64,000 bases of DNA from Woeseiaceae bacterium (GTDB lineage: Bacteria; Pseudomonadota; Gammaproteobacteria; Steroidobacterales; Woeseiaceae): contig OZ271838.1 of assembly GCA_965601785.1 (NCBI GenBank), positions 3,698,916-3,762,915 of the forward strand. The letters are read 5' to 3'. Below, piece after piece: positions 1 to 7,736 of the stretch (the stretch's first letter is position 1; every line of letters starts with the position of its first letter). The position numbers and the translations under genes are program-made. The notes under the pieces were generated by a model, which worked only from the letters and a program-made list of their open reading frames with translations, did no database searches and had not been told where the DNA came from.

Positions 1-33
1 CTGCTGCGCGTTCGACCGAACTAGCCGGAGCCT

Positions 34-1410
34 CTAACCGAGGCTCGTGGCGAGCACCGCGAAGATCGCAAGGGGTGCAACGATCCGCAGGAGCCAACGC
101 CAGGTCCTTGCGAGTGCCGCGCTGCCGAACGACAGCTGCTCGTTGATGATCTCAGGCTTGACGCGCCAGCCGACGAATACAGCGATCAGCATGCCGCCAA
201 TCGGCATCATCAGGTTGGCCGTAAAGTAGTCGATCAGGTCGAACACGGTTTTGCCTTCGAACACGGCAAAGGCGGACAGCGGCGCAACGTCGCTCCATAG
301 ATTGAACGACAGGACCGTGCCGAGACCGATGAACCAGGCGAGGAAGCCGAAGACAACGCAGCCCGTGCGGCGCGACATCCCCCAGCGGTCCTCGGCAAAG
401 GCGATGGTTGGTTCGATCAGCGCAATGATCGACGTGATCGCCGCAAACGCGAGCAGCAGGAAGAACAGCGCACCGAAGATCGAGCCGCCGGGCATCGACG
501 CAAACGCCGTCGGCAGCGTACGGAAGATCAGCCCGGGACCGTCGGCCGGATCGAGGCCGTTGGAGAACACCAGCGGGAAGATCATGAGACCCGCAAGAAT
601 CGCGACCAGCGTGTCGGCCAGGGCAATGATCGTGGCGGAGCGGGTCAGCGATATTGATTCGGGCACATAGGCGCCGTAGACCAGCATCAGGCCCATCGCA
701 ACGCCAATCGAGAAGAAGGCCTGACCTATCGCAACCAGCACGGTAGTCGCATCGATCTTGCTGAAATCGGTGCTGAAGAGGAAGCTCAAGCCCGCGCCGA
801 AATCACCGGCGACGGCCGCATAGCCAATCATGACCAGCAGCATGACGAACAGCGCTGGCATCAGGACCGACACCGTTCGCTCGATGCCATCGTTGAGGCC
901 GCGGGCGAGAATCAGCATCGCCACACCAATGAAGATCGAATGGTAGACCGTCATTGTCACGGGGTCTTCACGCAGCAGGTCGAACTGCTGGGCAACTTCG
1001 CTCGGCGCTACATCGCCGAAGCCGCCCAGCGCCTTGCCAATGTACGCGAGCGTCCAGCCGGCAATGACGCTGTAATAGGTGGCAATCATGAAGCCGGCAA
1101 TGAGGCCCATCCAGCCGATGATCGACCAGTTTTTCGAGCGGCCCGAGTCCTCGGCGACGGAACGCGCCGCGACGGGCGGACTGTGATGGCCAATCCGACC
1201 GATCAGGAGTTCGCCGATCAGGATCGGGATCGCAATGACGAAGACGGCGACCAGGTAGACGAGAACGAAGGCACCACCGCCGCTGACGCCGACGATATAG
1301 GGAAACTTCCAGATATTGCCGAGACCAACGGCGGCGCCGATGGCGGCGAGAATAAAGGTCCAGCCCGAGGACCAGGTCTGCCCTGACCCGCCCGAGGAAG
1401 AAAGCGCCAT
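34..1410 (-). CDS. Sodium-dependent transporter, neurotransmitter:sodium symporter (NSS/SNF) family
   Basis: 458-aa polytopic ORF. N-terminal GLGNIWKFPY motif is typical of NSS transporters. ATG is preceded by a GAGGA SD. Confidence 0.85.
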   Translation of the reverse strand: MALSSSGGSGQTWSSGWTFILAAIGAAVGLGNIWKFPYIVGVSGGGAFVLVYLVAVFVIAIPILIGELLIGRIGHHSPPVAARSVAEDSGRSKNWSIIGWMGLIAGFMIATYYSVIAGWTLAYIGKALGGFGDVAPSEVAQQFDLLREDPVTMTVYHSIFIGVAMLILARGLNDGIERTVSVLMPALFVMLLVMIGYAAVAGDFGAGLSFLFSTDFSKIDATTVLVAIGQAFFSIGVAMGLMLVYGAYVPESISLTRSATIIALADTLVAILAGLMIFPLVFSNGLDPADGPGLIFRTLPTAFASMPGGSIFGALFFLLLAFAAITSIIALIEPTIAFAEDRWGMSRRTGCVVFGFLAWFIGLGTVLSFNLWSDVAPLSAFAVFEGKTVFDLIDYFTANLMMPIGGMLIAVFVGWRVKPEIINEQLSFGSAALARTWRWLLRIVAPLAIFAVLATSLG

Positions 1411-1498
1411 TCCTCTGACTCCTTGCGTGTTACCGGATCCGGCCCCCCGTTGGCCCGGAAAGCGAGGCAGTCTACACGAATTGAGCCCAAGGCCCCGG

Positions 1499-1526
1499 TT
1501 GACAACATATATTAGTAATTTATAAT
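1499..1526 (+). promoter_or_regulatory. Consensus sigma70 promoter (TTGACA-N16-TATAAT) upstream of the MBL/TauE/DUF442 operon
   Basis: TTGACA at 1499-1504, 16-nt spacer, TATAAT at 1521-1526, about 33 nt upstream of the ATG at 1559. It lies in an AT-rich island within a GC-rich genome. Confidence 0.55.
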
Positions 1527-1528
1527 AT
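1509..1528. promoter_or_regulatory. Imperfect 20-bp palindrome (ATATTA-N8-TAATAT) overlapping the spacer and -10 box; candidate repressor operator
   Basis: ATATTAGTAATTTATAATAT matches its own reverse complement at 16 of 20 positions, with perfect 6-bp outer arms. Confidence 0.3.
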
Positions 1529-1558
1529 TCAAATAGACCAGTTTACAGGCAGGCATCC

Positions 1559-2422
1559 ATGCAGCCAGCAGACATCAAGGCGTTTTTCGACGAAGCGACC
1601 TACACCGTAACCTACGTCGTCCGCGATCCGGGTTCGAAGGCCGCAGCGATCATCGACCCGGTACTCGACTACGACCCGGCATCAGGGCGCACGTCGACCA
1701 ACTCGGCTGATGCCGTGATCGACCATGTGACATCGAATGACCTCGAGGTCGACTGGATACTCGAGACCCATGTGCACGCGGATCACCTGTCGAGCGCTGC
1801 CTATCTTCGCGAGCGACTCGGCGGCCGTATCGGTATTGGCAGCAACGTCGGCACGATCCAGGCGACGTTCGGCAATATCTTCAACATGGACGGCCTGGCG
1901 ACGGACGGCTCGCAGTTCGATCACCTGTTTGCCGACGACGAGACCTTCACGGTGGGCACGCTCAGCGCTCGCGTCATGCACACGCCTGGCCATACACCTG
2001 CCTGCGTCACGTACGTTATCGGCGACGCCGCTTTCGTCGGCGATACGCTGTTCATGCCTGACTTCGGCACGGCGCGCACCGACTTCCCGGGCGGCGACGC
2101 GGCGATGCTGTACCGGTCGATTCACCGAATCTTCGACCTGCCGGACTCGACGAGGCTCTTCATGTGCCATGACTACAAGGCGCCTGGCCGCGATGACTAC
2201 GCGTGGGAAACAACGGTCGCTAAGCAGAAGGCCGGCAACGTGCATGTCAACGAATCGGTCGACGAGGAGGATTTTGTCGAGTTCCGCGAGGGCCGCGATG
2301 CGAGCCTCGGCATGCCGGCGCTGATACTGCCGTCGCTGCAGGCCAATATTCGCGCCGGCGAGCTGCCCGAGCCCGAGGCGAACGGCGTGCGCTACTTCAA
2401 GATTCCGATCGACGCGCTATAA
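1559..2422 (+). CDS. Metallo-beta-lactamase-fold hydrolase, persulfide dioxygenase (ETHE1/Blh)-like
   Basis: 287 aa with an HxHxDH motif (THVHADH) and PGHTP. Size and the TauE/DUF442 neighbours fit the sulfur-dioxygenase type. The enzymatic assignment is by resemblance only. Confidence 0.7.
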   Translation: MQPADIKAFFDEATYTVTYVVRDPGSKAAAIIDPVLDYDPASGRTSTNSADAVIDHVTSNDLEVDWILETHVHADHLSSAAYLRERLGGRIGIGSNVGTIQATFGNIFNMDGLATDGSQFDHLFADDETFTVGTLSARVMHTPGHTPACVTYVIGDAAFVGDTLFMPDFGTARTDFPGGDAAMLYRSIHRIFDLPDSTRLFMCHDYKAPGRDDYAWETTVAKQKAGNVHVNESVDEEDFVEFREGRDASLGMPALILPSLQANIRAGELPEPEANGVRYFKIPIDAL

Positions 2423-2440
2423 CCCACAGGAAACGAACGC

Positions 2441-3199
2441 ATGGCTGCCTTACTCGCCTGGCCGGGCGCGCTTGTCATCGGCATCAGTCTCGGGCTGTTC
2501 GGCTCCGGTGGCTCGGTGCTGACGGTCCCGGTCCTCGTCTACCTCCTTGGCCAGGACGAAAAGACCGCAATCGCGGGCTCCCTGTTCATCGTGGGGACTA
2601 TTGCCCTGGCCGGCTCGCTGAACTACCTGCGTTCCGGGCTGATTCAGTGGCGCAGCGTACTAACCTTCGGCGTGCCCGGGATGATCGGCACGTGGACCGG
2701 CGCGGAACTCTCGGTGTTCCTGAGCGGAACCGTCCAGCTGGCGCTGTTTGCGGTCGTCATGCTCCTCGCCGCGGCGCTGATCCTGAGGCCGGTACGTCTC
2801 GATACGAGCGCGCGGGAAGAACGCGCGCTGTGGAAGATCGGCATCGACGGACTCGTCGTTGGCATCGTCACGGGCCTCGTCGGCGTCGGCGGCGGCTTCC
2901 TGATCGTACCTGCGCTCGTCCTGCTTGGCGGCCTGTCCATGCACCAGGCCATTGCCACGAGCCTGGTCATCATTGCGCTCAAGTCCTATGCCGGCTTCAT
3001 CAAGTATCTCGACGTGCTCGACGCGGAAGGCCTTGTGCTCGACTGGCGGGCGCTGACCATCGTCACGGCGCTAGGCATTGCCGGCACGGTGCTTGGCGGC
3101 TTCGCGGCAACCCGCCTGCCGCAGCAGCAGCTGCGAAAGGGCTTCGGGGTATTCCTCGTCGCCATGGCCGGCTATATCCTCTTTCGCTCACTCGTGTGA
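2441..3199 (+). CDS. TauE/SafE family sulfite/organosulfonate exporter-like membrane protein
   Basis: 252 aa, about 8 hydrophobic helices, with a duplicated G-rich motif ([10 protein letters not shown] and [10 protein letters not shown]) typical of TauE/SafE. Confidence 0.8.
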   Translation: MAALLAWPGALVIGISLGLFGSGGSVLTVPVLVYLLGQDEKTAIAGSLFIVGTIALAGSLNYLRSGLIQWRSVLTFGVPGMIGTWTGAELSVFLSGTVQLALFAVVMLLAAALILRPVRLDTSAREERALWKIGIDGLVVGIVTGLVGVGGGFLIVPALVLLGGLSMHQAIATSLVIIALKSYAGFIKYLDVLDAEGLVLDWRALTIVTALGIAGTVLGGFAATRLPQQQLRKGFGVFLVAMAGYILFRSLV

Positions 3200-3227
3200 G
3201 TCCATTCCACACCACGGGATCATCACT

Positions 3228-3563
3228 ATGAACATTCGCGAAATCGACCAGCACTTCTCGATCGCCGAGCAGGTCTACCTGGCGGACCTCGGGACGCTCG
3301 CGGAGCTCGGCTACACTGATGTCGTCTGCAATCGACCGGATGGCGAGGACCCTGGCCAGCCCAGCTTCGCCGAGCTGGAAATGGAGGCGGCCTCGCACGG
3401 CCTTAAACTGCACTTCCTCGCCATCGACGGGCCGAACATCGACCCCGGTCATATCCACGGCCTGCGCCAGGTGCTGGACGAGGCCAGCGGCAAGACCGTC
3501 GGCTTTTGCCGGACCGGCAATCGCTCCCTGCTGCTCTACTCGCGAGTAGACGCCAATGCGTAG
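3228..3563 (+). CDS. DUF442/TIGR01244-type PTP-fold protein (Blh N-terminal domain-like, putative sulfurtransferase)
   Basis: Internal ATG at 3228 of track ORF 3078..3563. 111 aa with a CX5R P-loop (FCRTGNRS). It sits in the operon with the MBL and TauE genes. Confidence 0.7.
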   Translation: MNIREIDQHFSIAEQVYLADLGTLAELGYTDVVCNRPDGEDPGQPSFAELEMEAASHGLKLHFLAIDGPNIDPGHIHGLRQVLDEASGKTVGFCRTGNRSLLLYSRVDANA

Positions 3564-4101
3564 AGTGACGCTGGCGACGGCATTCACCTGCCTCGCCCTG
3601 GCGGCCATTGCGGCCGAGCCGGGTATTCCGCCGGAGCAAAGCTACGCAGAACGCGGCGCCGAGATCCTCAAGCCCTTCAAGATGGCCATGAAGAAAGCAC
3701 TTGTCGAAGGCCTGTCGAGCGGCCCGGCCGAGGCCATCGATGCCTGTCGCGTCGAAGCACCCGCGCTAGCCGCGCAGTTTTCGACCAACGATGTGGTTGT
3801 CGGTCGTAGCAGTCACCGACTGCGCAACCCGGCCAACCACGGCCCCGCGTGGATCGAGGACACACTGGCCTATTACGTGGACAACCCCGGCGAGCGGACG
3901 CCCGTCGTCGTGACCCTGGACGAGGGCCGTGCTGGCTACATCGAGCCCATCGACACGGCGCCCCTGTGCCTCGCCTGCCACGGCAAGGTTCTGGAACCCT
4001 CGGTCCGGGAAACGATCGAGACGCTGTATCCCGATGACGAGGCGACGGGCTTCGACGCGGGTGACCTCAGGGGTGTTTTCTGGGTAGAGTTCCCGCGCTG
4101 A
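3556..4101 (+). CDS. Secreted DUF3365-like c-type heme protein
   Basis: 181 aa with an N-terminal signal peptide and a single CxxCH motif (CLACH). Its start overlaps the preceding stop by 8 nt. Confidence 0.6.
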   Translation: MRRVTLATAFTCLALAAIAAEPGIPPEQSYAERGAEILKPFKMAMKKALVEGLSSGPAEAIDACRVEAPALAAQFSTNDVVVGRSSHRLRNPANHGPAWIEDTLAYYVDNPGERTPVVVTLDEGRAGYIEPIDTAPLCLACHGKVLEPSVRETIETLYPDDEATGFDAGDLRGVFWVEFPR

Positions 4102-4123
4102 ACTAACCCCCGGGGAAAACCCC

Positions 4124-4726
4124 ATGCACTGGCAGGAAATTGCCTCAGCGTCCGTCACGCTGTTTCTCGTCCTGGATCCGCTCGGTAACGTGCCGATCTT
4201 TAACTCGGTGCTGGCGCGCTGTGAACCGACGCGGCGCGCGCGCATCATTCTGCGCGAGGTGATACTGGCGCTCATCATCCTGATGGGCTTCCTCGTCGCG
4301 GGCAACAAGATCCTGGGCTTCCTCGGCCTCAGCCAGTCATCGCTCAGCATAGCGGGCGGCGTGCTCCTGTTCATCATTTCGATGCGCATGATTTTTCCTC
4401 CGGGACGTGGCGGCGCCATCGAGGCGGACGGTGACGAGGAACCGTTTCTCGTACCGCTTGCGATCCCGCTGATCGCCGGTCCGTCGACCATTGCCATGCT
4501 GTTGCTGCTGTCGTCGAGTGCCCCGGACCGGCTCGGCGAATGGGCGTTTGCGCTGTTCATCGCCTGGGCAGCGACGGCTATCCTGCTGGTGCTGTCGCCG
4601 TGGCTCCTCAAGCATCTTGGCGACCGCGGTTCGCGCGCGCTCGAGCGGCTCATGGGCATGATCCTCGTCATCGTGGCAGTGCAGATGTTCCTGAACGGCA
4701 TCCGCGATTTCGTGACGAGCCTGTAG
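4124..4726 (+). CDS. MarC family (UPF0056) integral membrane protein
   Basis: 200 aa, 6 hydrophobic segments, with an N-terminal LDPLGNVPIF motif typical of the MarC family. Confidence 0.75.
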   Translation: MHWQEIASASVTLFLVLDPLGNVPIFNSVLARCEPTRRARIILREVILALIILMGFLVAGNKILGFLGLSQSSLSIAGGVLLFIISMRMIFPPGRGGAIEADGDEEPFLVPLAIPLIAGPSTIAMLLLLSSSAPDRLGEWAFALFIAWAATAILLVLSPWLLKHLGDRGSRALERLMGMILVIVAVQMFLNGIRDFVTSL

Positions 4727-4749
4727 GGACCTCGGTCGGCCCCAAGGGC

Positions 4750-6333
4750 CTAACCCGGCGTGTAGTAGGTCGGTGACGACGGTCCTACCGGGAAGCCGAA
4801 CAGGAACGTCCAGACGAAGAAGAACGTCGACCAGAGCACGATGAACGCAACTGAGTACGGCAGCATCATCGCGATCAGCGTGCCGACGCCGGCCTTGGGC
4901 TGGTAACGCGCAACGAAGGCCATGATGAGCCCGAAGTAGCTCATCATTGGCGTAATGATGTTGGTGCTCGAATCACCGATCCGGTACGCCGCCTGGATAA
5001 CCTCGGGCGCGTAGCCGAGCAGCATCAGCATGGGCACGAAGATCGGCGCCGTGACGGCCCACTGCGCGGAGGCCGAGCCGAGCATGAGGTTGATGAACGC
5101 GCAGACGAGGATAAAGAGGAAGAAGACCAGCGGGCCGGTCAGGCCGATGCCCTGAAGGAAATTGGCGCCGGCCACGGCTGTGATCGACCCGAGGTTCGTC
5201 CAGCCGAAGAACTTTACGAACTGCGCCGCGAAGAAGACGAGCGCAATATAAAGCCCCAGCGTACTCATGGCGTGCGCCATTGCGTTGATGACATCGCGGT
5301 CGCTCTTGATTGTGCCGATCGTTCGACCGTAGACCACGCCGACCATCAGGAAGTAGACGAAGATAATGGCGACGATGCCCTTGAGGAACGGCGACCCGGC
5401 AACCGCGCCCGTTTCCTGGTTGCGGAGGATCCCGTCGTCGGGATACACCAGCATCAGCAGCACGCCGGTGAAGATCAGCGTCGCCCACAGCGTATTCCTC
5501 AAACCCTTCTTCTCGATGGCCGTCAGCGGGTCCATACGCTCGGACTCTTCATCGTCATCGAGACCTTCGGGCGTACCCTCGTAGGTACCCAGCGACGGCT
5601 CGACGACCTTGAGGCTGACGAGGCTGCCAATGGTAGTGATCAGGAAGGTGCTCGCCACCATGAAATACCAGTTGGCGCTGACGTCGACCGTGTACTCGGG
5701 ATCGATGAGCCGGGCGGCCTCTGTCGTAATACCGGACAGGAGCGGATCGACCGTACCGATCAGGAGGTTTGCGCTATAGCCGCCGGACACGCCGGCAAAG
5801 GCCGCGGCGAGGCCCGCGAGCGGGTGTCTCCCCAGCGAGTGAAAAACGACAGCGGCGAGGGGCACGAGAACCACGTAGCCCATCTCCGAGGCCGTGTTCG
5901 ACAACACGCCCGAGAACACGACGATAACCGTGACGAGGCTCGGCGGTGCGTTGAGCACCATGCCGCGGATCAGCGCGGTGAGCCAGCCCGAGCGCTCGGC
6001 AACGCCAACGCCAAGCAGCGCGACCAGTACGGTACCGAGCGGCGCGAACTCCACGAAGTTCCTGACGAGGTTCAGGACGATCATGCGCAGGCCTTCGGCG
6101 TTGAGCAGGCTCACGACTTCGATCATGCCGTTGTCGGCGCGGCCCTTGGCACCTGCGGGACGCGGATCCACGACGGCGACGTCGAAGTAACCCAGGATCC
6201 CCGACAGGACGACAACGCCGGCCGCGAACAGCGCGAACAACGTCACCGGGTGCGGCAACGCATTGCCAAGCCACTCGACGACGTGGAGGAAACGCGTAAT
6301 CCGGGATTCGCGCGCGGCGGTCGAGTCAGTCAT
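4750..6333 (-). CDS. AbgT family transporter (p-aminobenzoyl-glutamate transporter-like)
   Basis: About 527-aa polytopic protein resembling the AbgT family. The track start at 6345 is GTG; the first ATG is at 6333. Confidence 0.75.
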   Translation of the reverse strand: MTDSTAARESRITRFLHVVEWLGNALPHPVTLFALFAAGVVVLSGILGYFDVAVVDPRPAGAKGRADNGMIEVVSLLNAEGLRMIVLNLVRNFVEFAPLGTVLVALLGVGVAERSGWLTALIRGMVLNAPPSLVTVIVVFSGVLSNTASEMGYVVLVPLAAVVFHSLGRHPLAGLAAAFAGVSGGYSANLLIGTVDPLLSGITTEAARLIDPEYTVDVSANWYFMVASTFLITTIGSLVSLKVVEPSLGTYEGTPEGLDDDEESERMDPLTAIEKKGLRNTLWATLIFTGVLLMLVYPDDGILRNQETGAVAGSPFLKGIVAIIFVYFLMVGVVYGRTIGTIKSDRDVINAMAHAMSTLGLYIALVFFAAQFVKFFGWTNLGSITAVAGANFLQGIGLTGPLVFFLFILVCAFINLMLGSASAQWAVTAPIFVPMLMLLGYAPEVIQAAYRIGDSSTNIITPMMSYFGLIMAFVARYQPKAGVGTLIAMMLPYSVAFIVLWSTFFFVWTFLFGFPVGPSSPTYYTPG

Positions 6334-6401
6334 GGCGGGGGGCACAGTTAAGATCGAGGCGCCCTAGCTAACGGCAAAGCCTGACGTCCGTCAAATCTCC
6401 C

Positions 6402-7121
6402 TTATTCCGTCGGCTTCACGAACACCATGTAGTGTTGCTGAGGCAGGAAGTCTTCGGTCCGCTCCCATTCGAGGCCGATTGCGCTCATCTCACGCCGCGA
6501 CTGCGCCTCGGTCATCTTGTGCAGGCGCTTGATCCGGAGCTCGCGATCTTCGCCACGGTACTCGATCAGTACCAGGCGCCCACCCGGCTTCAGCGCCTCG
6601 GCTATGGCAAGACCCATTTCGCGAGGAAAGGAAAACTCGTGGTAGGCATCGACGAGCAGAACGAGATCCACACCGGCGGACGGCAGGCGAGGGTTCTGCT
6701 CGGTGCCGAGCACGGTCTCGACGTTCAGAGGCGCGCCGTCCGCCTTGCGGGCCTCGATGATGTCGAGCATTTCCTGCTGGATGTCGACGGCGATGACCCG
6801 GCCCTCGGGCACACGCTCGGCCATCGGGAAGCTGAAGTAACCCGTCCCGGCACCAATGTCGGCCACCACGTGGTCGGGCTCGAGCGGCAGATTGTCAATC
6901 AGCCGGTCGGTGCGTTCTTCGCGCTCGCGACCCGGCCGCTCGAGCCAGCCGGCGCCGAGGTGGCCCATGACGTGAGAAATCTCGCGGCCCATATAGACCT
7001 TGCCGATGCCATCGCGGCTCGGTGAGCGCTGTGTGTACACTTGCTCTTCGGCAAGTGTCGGAAGCGCAGCCACAAAGAGGGCGAGGAATGCGGGAAACAG
7101 TGCGGAAGGTCGGCGCAGCAT
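6402..7121 (-). CDS. Class I SAM-dependent methyltransferase with N-terminal hydrophobic leader
   Basis: 239 aa with SAM motif I (VADIGAGTGYF). The N-terminus (LFPAFLALFVAALPTLAEE) looks like a signal peptide or membrane anchor. Confidence 0.7.
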   Translation of the reverse strand: MLRRPSALFPAFLALFVAALPTLAEEQVYTQRSPSRDGIGKVYMGREISHVMGHLGAGWLERPGREREERTDRLIDNLPLEPDHVVADIGAGTGYFSFPMAERVPEGRVIAVDIQQEMLDIIEARKADGAPLNVETVLGTEQNPRLPSAGVDLVLLVDAYHEFSFPREMGLAIAEALKPGGRLVLIEYRGEDRELRIKRLHKMTEAQSRREMSAIGLEWERTEDFLPQQHYMVFVKPTE

Positions 7122-7232
7122 GGACGTCCTCGACGGGGAATGGAGCGGTAGTGGACCGTTTGCCGGGCGAATAGTGCCATGGCGCTACGCCAGGACAACG
7201 GCAGACACCTACAGTCAAGCGGAGACAGCATC

Positions 7233-7664
7233 ATGCGGACGCGATCGCTATTGACCCTGCTCACAGCGCTTGCCGCGACGCCCGCGAACGCGGGTGAGCT
7301 CGACTGGCTGGCCGGCTGCTGGCAGTCGTCCGACGGGTCGAGTCGCGAGGTGTGGGTTGTCGACAACGACGATCTACTCGTTGGCTTCAGCGCCACGGCC
7401 AGTGACGGCGCTATCGGCTTCCATGAAGTTCTGACGCTGCGCCGGACGCAGACAGGCGAGTGGCGGTACACTGCGCACCCGTCCGGGCAGGCCGTTACCA
7501 CGTTTACGGCACCCCGGGTCGACGACAACGCTATCGTGTTCGTCAATGCCGGACACGACTACCCGCAGCGAATCAGCTACCGGCGAGCCGGCAATACGCT
7601 CATCGCTACGATCTCACTGGCCGACGGGGAGCGCCCCGTACACTTCGAGAAGGACCGCTGCTGA
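7233..7664 (+). CDS. Hypothetical secreted protein (possibly DUF6265-like)
   Basis: Internal ATG at 7233 with a GGAGA SD. Signal peptide MRTRSLLTLLTALAATPANA followed by LDWLAGCW. No catalytic motif recognised. Confidence 0.5.
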   Translation: MRTRSLLTLLTALAATPANAGELDWLAGCWQSSDGSSREVWVVDNDDLLVGFSATASDGAIGFHEVLTLRRTQTGEWRYTAHPSGQAVTTFTAPRVDDNAIVFVNAGHDYPQRISYRRAGNTLIATISLADGERPVHFEKDRC

Positions 7665-7736
7665 ACGAAGGCCGCAGCCAGGATCTACGACACCTGGATC
7701 GACGCTCGCCGCCACACCGTGCGTGAGGTTCCCGGC

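Noticed and set aside
3766-4701. 311-aa minus-strand ORF spanning the DUF3365 and marC genes.
   Set aside because: It is antisense across two genes and their intergenic gap, and is rich in Ser/Arg/Pro.
5272-6351. 359-aa plus-strand ORF opposite the AbgT transporter gene.
   Set aside because: It is antisense to a well-supported polytopic transporter gene. Its sequence is Arg/Asp/His/Gly-rich and low in complexity, with no motif. This is a typical open antisense frame in GC-rich DNA.
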